Counted from the stretch's first letter, positions 29,328-39,440 are shown. The stretch is 64,000 nucleotides of DNA from an uncultured virus (IMG/VR IMGVR_UViG_3300031227_000031) (IMGVR_UViG_3300031227_000031); one strand, 5' to 3'. Numbers and translations: made by a program. Notes: generated from the sequence alone by a model not told the origin.

Positions 29328-30194
29328 TTATGCACTATTTTGCCAATAACTGTTCATGAAAAGAACTTTTCCGTACATTTTGAAGTTACTCAAAGCATCC
29401 AAACCATCATCAACCCATTGCCGCAGAGGGTGCATCGGGGCTTGGTCATGGACTCCATAATTATCCATTGTTGCGATAAGCTGGAGTACTAAACCAATAC
29501 CACTTGTCCCGCCTGCAGAACGCAAGAATCTAGCGCTGGTGTCAATAATTGTAAGTTTATGACCCGGCGTAGTAGAACGAATTAACGAAGAATCGGTTGA
29601 GATATTCATTGCTGTTAATAAACCAATAGAACTTGAATCAATAACGTTTCCATTAAATCTTAAAGATTTAGAATACGTAGTTGCTGCTCCTGTACTATCA
29701 GTATCATGAGAATAAATAAATCCACCAACATTCTGACCATCAGGTTCACCCGTAACTGTAATATAGGTACCTGTTGATGCAGTAATGTTTTCCGTTATAG
29801 TATCGCTTACTGTCGCCGCAGCGGTAGTCGTGCTGTATAATGCCATATACAGTGCGTCTGAATTAACAATAGTAGGAAGCCAATCGTTACCTGCTGACCA
29901 AGTACGGTCAGCTATGTAATCCGATTGAATACGGAAAGATTTGGCGCTTGTCGCGTCATCTTGTCCGTCAGCAGGATCATCATAACCTTCTTTATTACCA
30001 ATGTTCAAAACTCCCGCACAATTCGCGGCTACTGAAGCCGTGGTTACAACCGAAATAGTCATACTTCCAGCTGAACCAGTAGCTCCACCGACCACAAAAG
30101 CTCCTTTACGAAGCCCACTTGCAACCGTTGCGAGGTATACAGGTAAATTGGTAATAAAGGGTGTATTGCCACTAATGAGCTTGCTTAAGTACAT
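29328..30194 (-). CDS. Putative capsid cement/decoration protein
   Basis: Ser/Thr-rich beta protein between scaffold and MCP. Confidence 0.55.
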   Translation of the reverse strand: MYLSKLISGNTPFITNLPVYLATVASGLRKGAFVVGGATGSAGSMTISVVTTASVAANCAGVLNIGNKEGYDDPADGQDDATSAKSFRIQSDYIADRTWSAGNDWLPTIVNSDALYMALYSTTTAAATVSDTITENITASTGTYITVTGEPDGQNVGGFIYSHDTDSTGAATTYSKSLRFNGNVIDSSSIGLLTAMNISTDSSLIRSTTPGHKLTIIDTSARFLRSAGGTSGIGLVLQLIATMDNYGVHDQAPMHPLRQWVDDGLDALSNFKMYGKVLFMNSYWQNSA

Positions 30195-30211
30195 TAGAAT
30201 TCCCCTATTTG

Positions 30212-31180
30212 TTATTGTTTTTTACTAAAATCGGGCACACGTCCTTCTTCTGCGAACCCAGTATGGCTGCCGTCCCTGGCTTTAACATACTGTTCTGCAT
30301 CTTTCCAAAGTCCACGTTTGATGCCCTTTTCAACGTGTTCTTTTTCCTCGTTGGACTTATACTTTACCTCGACGTTTGATGCGGGTGGCGGCAATCCATC
30401 TTGCACAACCTGGCCTTCGGTTACTTGCTGTTGCCGTGTTGAATCTGAGTTATTAACCACTTGTTGTCCTTTCTGACGAAGCCTTCGTTCCATTTCCGAC
30501 ATGATTAAAGTCGGTGCTTTTCTGTTAGTCTGGATTGTAGGGTCCTCATCAAAGATTGTTGCGAAGATTTTACCTTTCTCCGAGTTCGGATTAAATATCA
30601 GTTCCCCGTTTGCGTCTTTAAGACGGATGATCTTACCAGTTTCATCCTTCTTGGGCTGTCCACTTGTATCTAAATCAGGTAAGTACATATCGGGATGTTC
30701 GCCTTGAACAACCTTCCGTGATTCTACCTGAGATGTTTGAAATGTTTCTTTTTGTACTATTTTTTGACTGTTAGCGTGCTGTCTTAAATCAACTGCAAGA
30801 ATTGGGTCGTCAATTGCGAGATTATCCCATTCCTCTTTATTTTTTGGTAAATTAACCGTACTGTATGGCTGAGTTACCTCTGGTTGAGCTTGCTGTTGCT
30901 GTTGTGGTATATCTGTCCGCTGAGTTTTGTACCGTTCAAGTTCAACTGTAATATTGTTAATCTTATTTTCAAACCCAGTAACTTTCTCCTGAAGCTCTCT
31001 GTTTTGGCGAAACGTTGAGTCCATGTTCGCCTGAGTAAGCGTACCCCATTTTATCGGGTCGGCTTCTCTGAGCTGGTTCCATTCATCTTTGTTCTTAGGG
31101 AGATTATCTGCCGAATAATCAGGTATATGTAAGTTCGGTTTACCGCTTTCTTGACCCTCTTTAATAGGTTCATCACTCAT
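30212..31180 (-). CDS. Capsid scaffolding protein
   Basis: Charged coiled-coil upstream of capsid genes; SD aggag. Confidence 0.7.
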   Translation of the reverse strand: MSDEPIKEGQESGKPNLHIPDYSADNLPKNKDEWNQLREADPIKWGTLTQANMDSTFRQNRELQEKVTGFENKINNITVELERYKTQRTDIPQQQQQAQPEVTQPYSTVNLPKNKEEWDNLAIDDPILAVDLRQHANSQKIVQKETFQTSQVESRKVVQGEHPDMYLPDLDTSGQPKKDETGKIIRLKDANGELIFNPNSEKGKIFATIFDEDPTIQTNRKAPTLIMSEMERRLRQKGQQVVNNSDSTRQQQVTEGQVVQDGLPPPASNVEVKYKSNEEKEHVEKGIKRGLWKDAEQYVKARDGSHTGFAEEGRVPDFSKKQ

Positions 31181-31236
31181 CTTCCTTCTCCTTTCTCTAT
31201 CGCACAAACCATGTATAGTTTGATTGAATCGAGCGC

Positions 31237-31479
31237 CTAAAGTTTCTCAAACTCCCGTTGTGGAAGTTCAAGCATTGTTTTGATTAACTCAAGTTTTCCG
31301 GCAGTACTGGCTGAACGAATAGTATCACCTGTCCTACCCGCCAACTCCAGTTCCTCCTGCAGCCGGGTTTTGAGGCTGCTGTACCCCTGGCGATCCTCCA
31401 ACACGAGGGCCTCAAATACTTTCCACCCCGGATGTGCTAGCAATTCCTGTAAAGCAATCTTTATTCTTCTTGATTCCAT
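31237..31479 (-). CDS. Small portal-adjacent protein (Bbp19-like)
   Basis: LLAHPGWKVF...GKLELIKTMLELP pattern. Confidence 0.55.
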   Translation of the reverse strand: MESRRIKIALQELLAHPGWKVFEALVLEDRQGYSSLKTRLQEELELAGRTGDTIRSASTAGKLELIKTMLELPQREFEKL

Positions 31480-31906
31480 ATTTCTTCTCCACTTTCTCAA
31501 TTAGAACATTATGCTTTTTAATAAAATTACAATTTGCACACAATATCTGATACTTATTGCTAGTATCAGCTAAAACAGCTTTAAATCTTTTCATTGAACA
31601 TGGAACTAATTTTCTATCATTATACCCATCATTATTTTTATGATCTATATGAAGTGCTCTTTTATCATCAAATCCACAAATAACACATTTGTGTCCGAGT
31701 TTATCAAATACTCTTTTTCGTAATTTTTGTCTTTGACCATTATCTCTAATATACTGATATGCCTTTGAACTTATGTTTTCATCATGCGGATATTGTCTTA
31801 ATTCTTTTCTATTACATTGAACACATTGTTTACTTGTAGATGCTATTAAATTACCACAATTGGGACAAGGTTTTTTTGTTTTCCAATATTTTTCTTTATT
31901 GGGCAT
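31412..31906 (-). CDS. HNH-type endonuclease with Zn ribbons
   Basis: CVICG...LHIDH...QILCANCN. Confidence 0.85.
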   Translation of the reverse strand: MPNKEKYWKTKKPCPNCGNLIASTSKQCVQCNRKELRQYPHDENISSKAYQYIRDNGQRQKLRKRVFDKLGHKCVICGFDDKRALHIDHKNNDGYNDRKLVPCSMKRFKAVLADTSNKYQILCANCNFIKKHNVLIEKVEKKYGIKKNKDCFTGIASTSGVESI

Positions 31907-34061
31907 TAATATTTCCTTGTGGAACCTGTTGTTGAGGTTGGTTCTGATTTTCTATTCTAGGCCCCTGCATTAATCCTATTTGTGGAGGATTTAACTTACC
32001 TTGATTTTGAGACTGTCCAGCATTTCCACCTCCTTGATTCACAAGAGCTTGTTGTTGTATTGTTTCAGAATACGCCAATCTATGCTCTAAAATGTGTTCT
32101 GTTAGTATTCGTGAGGCGTTGGGAGTTAAACTTCTCCCCATTTCACGTTTAAACTCTGAATGTCCGTTCATATGTTGCACGTGATCGTCTTGAGGACTGA
32201 TCTTGGGGTTCATCTCTTGAGAAACCATGATGTTCTCATCATCAACGTCGCCTTCGTTGACTCCCATATCGGGTTTGGGGCCAATATATTTCTCAATATC
32301 TTTCTTGTTGAGTGAACGAAGGTATCCGGCTTTAATTTCCCACATGAACGAAGGGTTGGTCTGAACTGTCGGGTCTTGGATGAATGTTTGGTAAATCAAC
32401 TGGTCGGCTTGTTTCTCAAACGCAATATCTCCAGCAGTTAAATCAATCTCCATCATAGCGTCATACTGGCCTGCAATAGTTTCAGGTGATAACATTCCCC
32501 ATACAGGGTTACCGTCTTTTCCAAGTACTCTTTTCTGAATATCAGGCGGCATATTCTCTTCATAAAGCTGACGAGTCATTGTGATAAGGTCACTGAAGAT
32601 TCGTTGAACACGAGCTGCAAGGAGTCCGAACTTCTGTTCACCTTGAGCAATAACTGCAAGTGTTCCGCGCGCTGTAGGTCTTGATGCCGTTTCTCGACCA
32701 AGCATGGCGGGGGTAAGGAAAGTAAGTTTCTCAATCAAATCCATCACGATATTCTCTTCTTGAAACGATACTGTAAGCCGTCCTGCGTTGTAATTAGGGA
32801 AGAACACATCACGTTGCGGGTCATCAAGGGGGATACCCATACCAGGCCCGATTTCAAGAGTTTCGGGTTGCATCCCCGAACCTGCACGATAAAAGAAGAA
32901 TGGAGCAATAACCATATTCCCAGCATCAATGCGTTGGTTATGGATAGCGTTCATTTCTTTGTGAAGATGTCGAACAAGTTCAGGGATACCTTTCCCATAA
33001 ATAAGTCCGGGGCGGCGGAGGAATGGACGAATAAGCCATGATTTCTTGCCAATACGGGATACTGTATGGAGTGGTTTGCCTGCAAGGTATCCTTTTTCGT
33101 TCTTAGCATCAGCGAGGCAGAGGAATACACATTGTTCTCTTACCCCATCATGGTTAATATCGTATGCAATCTGGCCTTCATAACATTTGACGGGATAACT
33201 ATCACGCCGAGCATAGTATGATTCAATTCCAGAAGATTCAAGCCGCTGACGAATTGTGCCACCGGGATCAAATCCTTTATCAACTTCTTTTTCTAAATCT
33301 TCAACATCAATGTCGGGAAGCAACTGACCTCTGGCTTTCATCTCACGAAGCATGGGAAGGTTGAAGTATACTTCCTCAATAATATCAGCACGTTGTTCGT
33401 TTTCCGCGTTGAATGTCGGGTATACATAATCTATATCTTTAATAATCCACCGTGCGCGTTCCCGGCGAATATGGTCATAAATCACTTTATTCTTTATCTC
33501 TCCCTTTTCCGAAACACTGGTTGGTTCAACTCTAGTAACATATGTGTAATATACTTCCCAAACAACTTTGACCGCGATAGTCCCGTCAACCACAAGTCGG
33601 TGAAGAATATCATCAACTTTATCCTGTGTACCTTCCATATCCTTGTTTAGCGCCCATGTCATTAAGGTTTTGTTATCTTCCGCAACATTCTCATCATGCT
33701 TTTCCGTTGCCACAAAGTGCATTGTATCAAGATTCCAAATCATCGGGAAAAGTTTGGCGTGCATCATGTCAGCTGAAATAGTCGTGACCATTGTGGAAAT
33801 ATTAGAACTTCCTTCCCACGGGCCATTAACTTCCTCAATTCCCTCGTAATTCTTAACACCCTCGGTCTTAATCTTAATCAACCCCGCACGTTGCCGAGTA
33901 GCTTCCTTCACCATCTCATTGATTGTTTCACAAACTTTCTTCTTCTCATCGGGCGGAAGTCTAAACATTTTCCCGAACTCAATCTTTTTATCCTGCTCCT
34001 CAAGTTTCTTCGCCTTATCGGGGAATAACTCTTTTGTAGTCTTCATTTTGAATTCGGGCAT
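31896..34061 (-). CDS. Portal protein (podovirus-type)
   Basis: PWEGSSN, YGKGIPEL, HNQRID and TARGTL motifs; 721 aa; Gln-rich tail. Confidence 0.88.
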   Translation of the reverse strand: MPEFKMKTTKELFPDKAKKLEEQDKKIEFGKMFRLPPDEKKKVCETINEMVKEATRQRAGLIKIKTEGVKNYEGIEEVNGPWEGSSNISTMVTTISADMMHAKLFPMIWNLDTMHFVATEKHDENVAEDNKTLMTWALNKDMEGTQDKVDDILHRLVVDGTIAVKVVWEVYYTYVTRVEPTSVSEKGEIKNKVIYDHIRRERARWIIKDIDYVYPTFNAENEQRADIIEEVYFNLPMLREMKARGQLLPDIDVEDLEKEVDKGFDPGGTIRQRLESSGIESYYARRDSYPVKCYEGQIAYDINHDGVREQCVFLCLADAKNEKGYLAGKPLHTVSRIGKKSWLIRPFLRRPGLIYGKGIPELVRHLHKEMNAIHNQRIDAGNMVIAPFFFYRAGSGMQPETLEIGPGMGIPLDDPQRDVFFPNYNAGRLTVSFQEENIVMDLIEKLTFLTPAMLGRETASRPTARGTLAVIAQGEQKFGLLAARVQRIFSDLITMTRQLYEENMPPDIQKRVLGKDGNPVWGMLSPETIAGQYDAMMEIDLTAGDIAFEKQADQLIYQTFIQDPTVQTNPSFMWEIKAGYLRSLNKKDIEKYIGPKPDMGVNEGDVDDENIMVSQEMNPKISPQDDHVQHMNGHSEFKREMGRSLTPNASRILTEHILEHRLAYSETIQQQALVNQGGGNAGQSQNQGKLNPPQIGLMQGPRIENQNQPQQQVPQGNINAQ

Positions 34062-34264
34062 TATTTTTTCCTCTTTTTCTTCTTGGGAAACCCATCATTA
34101 GCGTAGTATAAAGCAACTTGACTCTTTGTGAATACACGACCAGACGGACTTTTGAATTTTCCCCTATTCTTCCCTCTTTTTATTTTAGAAAATGGCATGA
34201 TAAGGTAATCTGACCAATCACTCTTTTTTATTCGTTTCTTGTGTTGTTTAACTGTAGATACCAA
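34061..34264 (-). CDS. Small basic phage protein
   Basis: KSPSGRVFT..QVALYYA; very Lys-rich. Confidence 0.6.
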   Translation of the reverse strand: MVSTVKQHKKRIKKSDWSDYLIMPFSKIKRGKNRGKFKSPSGRVFTKSQVALYYANDGFPKKKKRKK

Positions 34265-34284
34265 TGCGGACTATTATTTATAGA

Positions 34285-34689
34285 TTATTCTTCTGTTTTC
34301 AGGATTGAACAAGTTGGATCGTAGAGGTAGCTTCCGCAACATGGACATCCTCCGACAACTGCTCTATTCCAGTATAAAACTGATAAACTCGCACTCGTTG
34401 CTGTTATGGTTGACGACTCATCACCTTCATCTTGGTAAATTATACATTCAATCTTGGTCGCGTCTTCGTCGATTTTTCGCGAAACTGAAAGGGTTTCGTA
34501 AGCACTGCTTCCTGTGTGAGCATCACCATCAGTCGTTCCATCACCGTCATCTATTCTTAACCACACATCTTCGTTGCTTGACCAAACTCCACAAGTGAAC
34601 GTTACAACTGTGTACCGCCAATCATTCTTGCCAGATAAAGTTATATCTTTGTTAAGTTCAACAATATCTTGTTTGAGTAAAAGAGCCAT
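34285..34689 (-). CDS. C-terminal half of a split paralogue of 36587-37009
   Basis: Ends GGCPCCGSYLYD, versus GGCPCCGSFLYD in 36587-37009. Confidence 0.7.
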   Translation of the reverse strand: MALLLKQDIVELNKDITLSGKNDWRYTVVTFTCGVWSSNEDVWLRIDDGDGTTDGDAHTGSSAYETLSVSRKIDEDATKIECIIYQDEGDESSTITATSASLSVLYWNRAVVGGCPCCGSYLYDPTCSILKTEE

Positions 34690-35147
34690 TAATCAGGCCC
34701 CGCTACTGTAATTTCCAGCTGAACGTAAGTGGCATCTTCAGTTTCAATCCTACCGTCTGTTCCAGCAGTTTCTTCAGAAGTCCAATTATCGGGGTCAAGT
34801 GACCATCCGTTTATCCAGTTGGTGAACCCACCGTTCTTGATAATATTCTTACCTTCATCAGATAATTCCGCACCATAATAATGGTCGTAACTTGGGCCGA
34901 TTCGTTGGCTCCCGTTATCAATCCCGTATCCCGCCCATTGACCGTCTTTAAGTCGTGCATCACGTTCTCTGTCGCATACCCATCCGCAATGACGGCATCG
35001 AATCAATCGTTCTTTCTCATTACCTTTGGTTGTTGAGTTTGTCGCGCCTGCTGCTTTATTAAACCCACCACTTGCTTTATAATTAGCGGCGTTAGGTCTG
35101 TCTTTAAAAGTCGAAATATACCCTGGATTATGTTTTAATCGTTTCAT
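34689..35147 (-). CDS. N-terminal half of a split paralogue of 36587-37009
   Basis: RPNA...KGNEKERLIRCRHCGWVCDRERD nearly identical to 36587-37009. Confidence 0.75.
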   Translation of the reverse strand: MKRLKHNPGYISTFKDRPNAANYKASGGFNKAAGATNSTTKGNEKERLIRCRHCGWVCDRERDARLKDGQWAGYGIDNGSQRIGPSYDHYYGAELSDEGKNIIKNGGFTNWINGWSLDPDNWTSEETAGTDGRIETEDATYVQLEITVAGPD

Positions 35148-36586
35148 TAGTCCGAGAGGTCAGTTGCAGTTACCGTACCATTGATAACTTCAATCCTATA
35201 ATATTTTCCATTAGTTGTATCTTTTACACAGACACCCTTCCACGCATGAGGGGTATCATCATCATTTTTCCCAAGATAATATGTGTTATCTGTTGCTGGT
35301 TCCATATTCCCTGTAACCCAAACCCTCGTCTTTAAAGACATCAAGCTGGGCGTAAAAGTAGCAACCTCTGTCGCCCCTTTATTTCCAACTCTTATAGATA
35401 CTTTTTCGCTTCCACCCCCTACGCCTCTAGTCGCAACCAATTTAAGTTCTTGGTCTACTGCATAAGAACCATATAAAATGGGGGTTACAACTTCGTCTTG
35501 AAAGATTGTTGATGGGGAACCATCACCTAACCAGTCATTGGTAGTAGCGGAAGTATCAAATCCGTCAATTTCAGTAGTCGGGTTATATCCACCTTGAGGA
35601 AACATAAATCTATTGTTTGTAATGGTGTCTAAAACTATTTTTGTCGAGTTAGTTAATCCACCTTCAAGATAAGCCATTTCAAAAATATTAGCGTTAGCGT
35701 TTTTTAAATATAGCAATCTATTATTAGCACTCGTTGTTGACCCCTGAAAACTAATATCTTTATAATAGTTCCCATCCCCGCCATTACTATAAATTAAGTA
35801 ACAAACCCCGTCGGTAATATAAGTTGTCGAATTGGCATTGCTACCTGGCCCGCCAACAATATTATTTCCTCTTACAAGTCCGTTATCAGTTAAGGATTCG
35901 TCTATCATAACTCCATACTTATAAGCGATAATATCCCTGAATGAAATACGATTCCAGAAAGTATTTTTTTCTGTTGTGGCAGAAAGTTTGACCCCTGCAT
36001 AACAGTTTATAATTTTACCAACATTGAACGTACCAAAATGACTATTTCTAATACGAACCCCACACTGGGCAGTCCACGCTGCATTTGGGGTCATGTTACG
36101 AAAACTTATATTATCTAATCCAAATGGCGATACTTCTGCTGCTACACCTTGAAAAGTTCCAATTACACCCGCAGTCGCACCAGAACCATCAAAGTCAAAG
36201 ATGGGACCATTGTAGTTTCCAGTTATCAGTACATAACCCAATCCAATAACGGATACTCCTTTAAGATATTGAATGCTGTTTGTAGTCTTATATGTTCCAT
36301 TTGGAAAAACTATTATATCTCCTGCCGAAGCTGCGGCAATAGTCGTTTCAATAGCAATCGTATCATCTGTTGTGCCATTACCAGTTGCACCAAACCGAGC
36401 ATCTTTAACATTAAATATTTGTCCAAACCGGGAATCTATAGTATCAAAGTTAGTGTTGACACTTGCACCCCAGTTAGTTTCATCAATTGCAGGTTTATAA
36501 AGTTCAAGGTTAGTTGTTTTTGTACCTGCCCAACATAAACTTGCTATCCCAAGAATCGCCAAACTTATAGAGAATAATCTTTTCAT
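35147..36586 (-). CDS. Pectate-lyase-like beta-helix tailspike with signal peptide
   Basis: MKRLFSISLAILGIASLCWA/G; FNVKDARFGATGNGTTDDT and VFPNGTY motifs. Confidence 0.82.
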   Translation of the reverse strand: MKRLFSISLAILGIASLCWAGTKTTNLELYKPAIDETNWGASVNTNFDTIDSRFGQIFNVKDARFGATGNGTTDDTIAIETTIAAASAGDIIVFPNGTYKTTNSIQYLKGVSVIGLGYVLITGNYNGPIFDFDGSGATAGVIGTFQGVAAEVSPFGLDNISFRNMTPNAAWTAQCGVRIRNSHFGTFNVGKIINCYAGVKLSATTEKNTFWNRISFRDIIAYKYGVMIDESLTDNGLVRGNNIVGGPGSNANSTTYITDGVCYLIYSNGGDGNYYKDISFQGSTTSANNRLLYLKNANANIFEMAYLEGGLTNSTKIVLDTITNNRFMFPQGGYNPTTEIDGFDTSATTNDWLGDGSPSTIFQDEVVTPILYGSYAVDQELKLVATRGVGGGSEKVSIRVGNKGATEVATFTPSLMSLKTRVWVTGNMEPATDNTYYLGKNDDDTPHAWKGVCVKDTTNGKYYRIEVINGTVTATDLSD

Positions 36587-37009
36587 TTACCTCTTCTTTC
36601 CATCATAAAGAAATGAACCACAACACGGACATCCACCTTGAACATCCCTGTCATAATATCTATCGGATTTCTTACCCCCACCGCCACCCCAAGGAAACGA
36701 ACCCCAACCACTTCCGCCCCATCCTATTGATTGAGCATCACCCGCAGCATTATCAGCTTGTTTCTGGTCGCCCTGAAAAATCCCCCAACCTGCAAACATT
36801 CCATTTTTAAGGCTAGTATCCCTCTCACGATCACATATCCAACCACAATGCTGACACCGAATTAACCGTTTACGCTCATTACCTTTAACCACACTGCTTG
36901 TTGCACCTGCGGATTTAGAGTATCCTGACGATCTTGGGTAATCTCCGGCGTTGGGGCGATCATAGAACTCAGATTTCCTACCTTTATTATTTTTCAGGTC
37001 TTCAAACAT
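36587..37009 (-). CDS. Zinc-ribbon protein
   Basis: CQHC...CPCC with a WGGSGWGSFPWGG segment. Confidence 0.7.
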   Translation of the reverse strand: MFEDLKNNKGRKSEFYDRPNAGDYPRSSGYSKSAGATSSVVKGNERKRLIRCQHCGWICDRERDTSLKNGMFAGWGIFQGDQKQADNAAGDAQSIGWGGSGWGSFPWGGGGGKKSDRYYDRDVQGGCPCCGSFLYDGKKR

Positions 37010-37318
37010 AGTTGCCTTAATTATAAAAATAAACTAATTTGAATTCAGGATCAAGAATTCCTCCGCCACTGGTATTATCCCGAATTATCATGAACTGAAT
37101 GAACCTATCAGTAAATTCCTTTATTCTCTGCTCGCTTCTCTTCTGAGATTTCACCAACTGAAAAAGTCTTTTTAGGCTCAATTTTTGGTAATTCATCGGG
37201 TTTCCTTTGAAACTTCTTAATATCCGAAAGTTTTTCTTTTTCAATTAAAACTCCTTCGTCACCTATGATAATTCCCATTTCTTTCATAAGTTTCTTGGGG
37301 AACGGCACCATCTTTGAT

Positions 37319-38968
37319 TTAACCATATAATCCTCGCTTGTGTGGTTTAATCTTGGGTTGATTCCATCCAAAATTGCTTAGTGCAAAATAATGGAGTAGG
37401 TCGGGAAAATGTGTGTTTAAATCCTTTGGTTTCTCAACGGGGTCACGATCAACTTTTGTGCGGTACTCGTCCCAAACATAATGTTCAATCTGATAAATAC
37501 ATTCTTTCAAATCTTTGGCAACAACCAACCTGGGATGATTTATGAGGGAAACAGGTTGACTTTTTTCGTACATCAAAAGTTTCGCAACTGCTTTACGCCC
37601 GACTTCTTTATGATCATCCCCAAATGAAAACCGAATGGGATACTGTATTTCACGGCTGGACTCTTCAAACTCATCACGAACAGTTAATCCTCGATTGGCA
37701 TAACGCTTAGGCCCGAAGTTCGGGTCCATGACTCTGTTAAGAACACGTTCACCTGCTACAAGTTCGACTTTCTTAATGTGCAAAACAGCATCTTCAATTA
37801 AACAATTAGCCAACCATGCTTCACGGTACGCCCAGTACTGTTCAGCTTCATCAATCGCAATCCAGATGAGTGCGTGAGGATTCCGGTCATGCGGGTCAAT
37901 CAACATTATACGAGGCCAATGTTTCGGCGGTTCACCATCAACGAGAACATTGTTCTTACCACTAACCCAAATCTTGCGGTCAAAGGTATGAATGTTCCTG
38001 TCCCATTCCTTCCATACACGTCCGGCGAGGTAACGGAACTTCCCGTGCATACGAGTTTCACGTTCTTCTTCCGTCAACTTCTTCTCGAATTTGCGAATGG
38101 CGGACTCTTTTAATCCAATAAGTTTGTTAGTTAAAGGATTGAGCCTCTCACTATTATGCCGCATATCGCAAATGTAACTGTCAATATTCTCGTCTTTAGA
38201 ATTGTATACTTCGTCAAAGAGCCATGGTTCCTTAAGGGGTGTTAAAGCGAAAAGAGTAATCCCATCACGATCAACAAGACCGCGAGTTGCAGCAATGTAT
38301 AGATCACGTGGGGGTGGTTCATCAAATACTATCCAATCTTGGTCTGACCCTTCAGCAGCTTCGGTCTTCTGCTCGTAGGTCTGAATGTCGAAATAAGAAA
38401 TCCGTCCGTCTTTGAACTTAATGTACCAATGGACTTCGGCACCCTGGTTATTCTTCTTCGGCGGGCAAATGTAACAGTCTTGAGGTAAAAGTTCGTGGAG
38501 TTTGTCCGTGATGACTTTACAGGGGTTATCGAAGTTCTTGACGAAGATTCGGCCTTTAGTCGGACGTCCCCATTGTTTTCCGGTGTACCATTTGGGATAA
38601 TACCCGGTTGTGAACATCGAGATACAGAATACCGTGGCTGTGGTCTTACCGGAACGATTTGACCCAAAGAACGCTTTAGTATGTGCGTTTGAGTTTATGA
38701 AGAAGAACTGAGGACAACCCTGAATTGTATGTTTCTGGCTATCGTATGTTTCGTACTCGAGATTAACGGTATCGCATTGAGTCCCATCACAATTCCGCTG
38801 GTGCGGCCAAAAATACTTAATCGGGTTCGTCTTGATCCTCTGGTCGAGAGCCTGTTGAATCTGGATCAATTCCATCAAGTCCTGCTCGCCCATCTTCGTC
38901 AAAATCTCCTCGGACAGTTCGGTACTTGAGGATAAGTTCTTTTTTTCGTTGTTTGAGGTCGCCATCAC
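37319..38968 (-). CDS. terL: Terminase large subunit
   Basis: GSNRSGKT Walker A, VFDEPP Walker B, LTPL coupling motif, IDPH and HFPDLLHY nuclease motifs. Confidence 0.93.
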   Translation of the reverse strand: MMATSNNEKKNLSSSTELSEEILTKMGEQDLMELIQIQQALDQRIKTNPIKYFWPHQRNCDGTQCDTVNLEYETYDSQKHTIQGCPQFFFINSNAHTKAFFGSNRSGKTTATVFCISMFTTGYYPKWYTGKQWGRPTKGRIFVKNFDNPCKVITDKLHELLPQDCYICPPKKNNQGAEVHWYIKFKDGRISYFDIQTYEQKTEAAEGSDQDWIVFDEPPPRDLYIAATRGLVDRDGITLFALTPLKEPWLFDEVYNSKDENIDSYICDMRHNSERLNPLTNKLIGLKESAIRKFEKKLTEEERETRMHGKFRYLAGRVWKEWDRNIHTFDRKIWVSGKNNVLVDGEPPKHWPRIMLIDPHDRNPHALIWIAIDEAEQYWAYREAWLANCLIEDAVLHIKKVELVAGERVLNRVMDPNFGPKRYANRGLTVRDEFEESSREIQYPIRFSFGDDHKEVGRKAVAKLLMYEKSQPVSLINHPRLVVAKDLKECIYQIEHYVWDEYRTKVDRDPVEKPKDLNTHFPDLLHYFALSNFGWNQPKIKPHKRGLYG

Positions 38969-39404
38969 TGTATTCCCTCATCGCTCCGATAAGTTCTCCG
39001 AAGAGATGTGGTTTTTTCTCCATTTCCTCTCTGGCTTCCGCTTCGATCTGGTTCAGTCTGTGCGCGAAAGAAAGAAATTCATCACGTTGCACTTTGCTCG
39101 TTAATGGGTTTATTTTTATACGGTTCATCAACTTCTTTCGGATTTGCTCTTTGTCTTCGAGCCGAACACGTTTGTTTGCAATAGGGACCTTTTTTATATC
39201 TGCATAGAATAGAGTCCTGAAATGGTCAATATGGTGTTGATACTTTTTTGCCCGACAAGTATCCCATATTGATGAAGGTGAAATCTCGATGGTATAATTC
39301 TTGTGAATTGCATTACTGATTTCTTTGTCAGAATTCCCCTCGGCGTGAAGTCTGAGCGCAAACATTCGTTGCTCATGGTTCATCTTTGGGGTATTATGAC
39401 TCAT
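38817..39404 (-). CDS. Terminase small subunit (DUF2280-like HTH)
   Basis: N-terminal HTH; VPIANKRVRL motif; upstream of terL. Confidence 0.7.
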   Translation of the reverse strand: MSHNTPKMNHEQRMFALRLHAEGNSDKEISNAIHKNYTIEISPSSIWDTCRAKKYQHHIDHFRTLFYADIKKVPIANKRVRLEDKEQIRKKLMNRIKINPLTSKVQRDEFLSFAHRLNQIEAEAREEMEKKPHLFGELIGAMREYSDGDLKQRKKELILKYRTVRGDFDEDGRAGLDGIDPDSTGSRPEDQDEPD

Positions 39405-39410
39405 ACTATT

Positions 39411-39440
39411 ATTATAGTATGAATTTTAACTGCTTATCAA
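39411..39440 (-). promoter_or_regulatory. Promoter for terS/late operon (probably leaderless mRNA)
   Basis: Minus strand TTGATA-N18-TATAAT, 6 nt before the ATG. Confidence 0.55.

Noticed and set aside
34685..34700. Programmed -1 frameshift fusing the split Zn-ribbon halves
   Set aside because: No slippery heptamer, and a TGA lies two codons upstream of the ATG in the downstream frame
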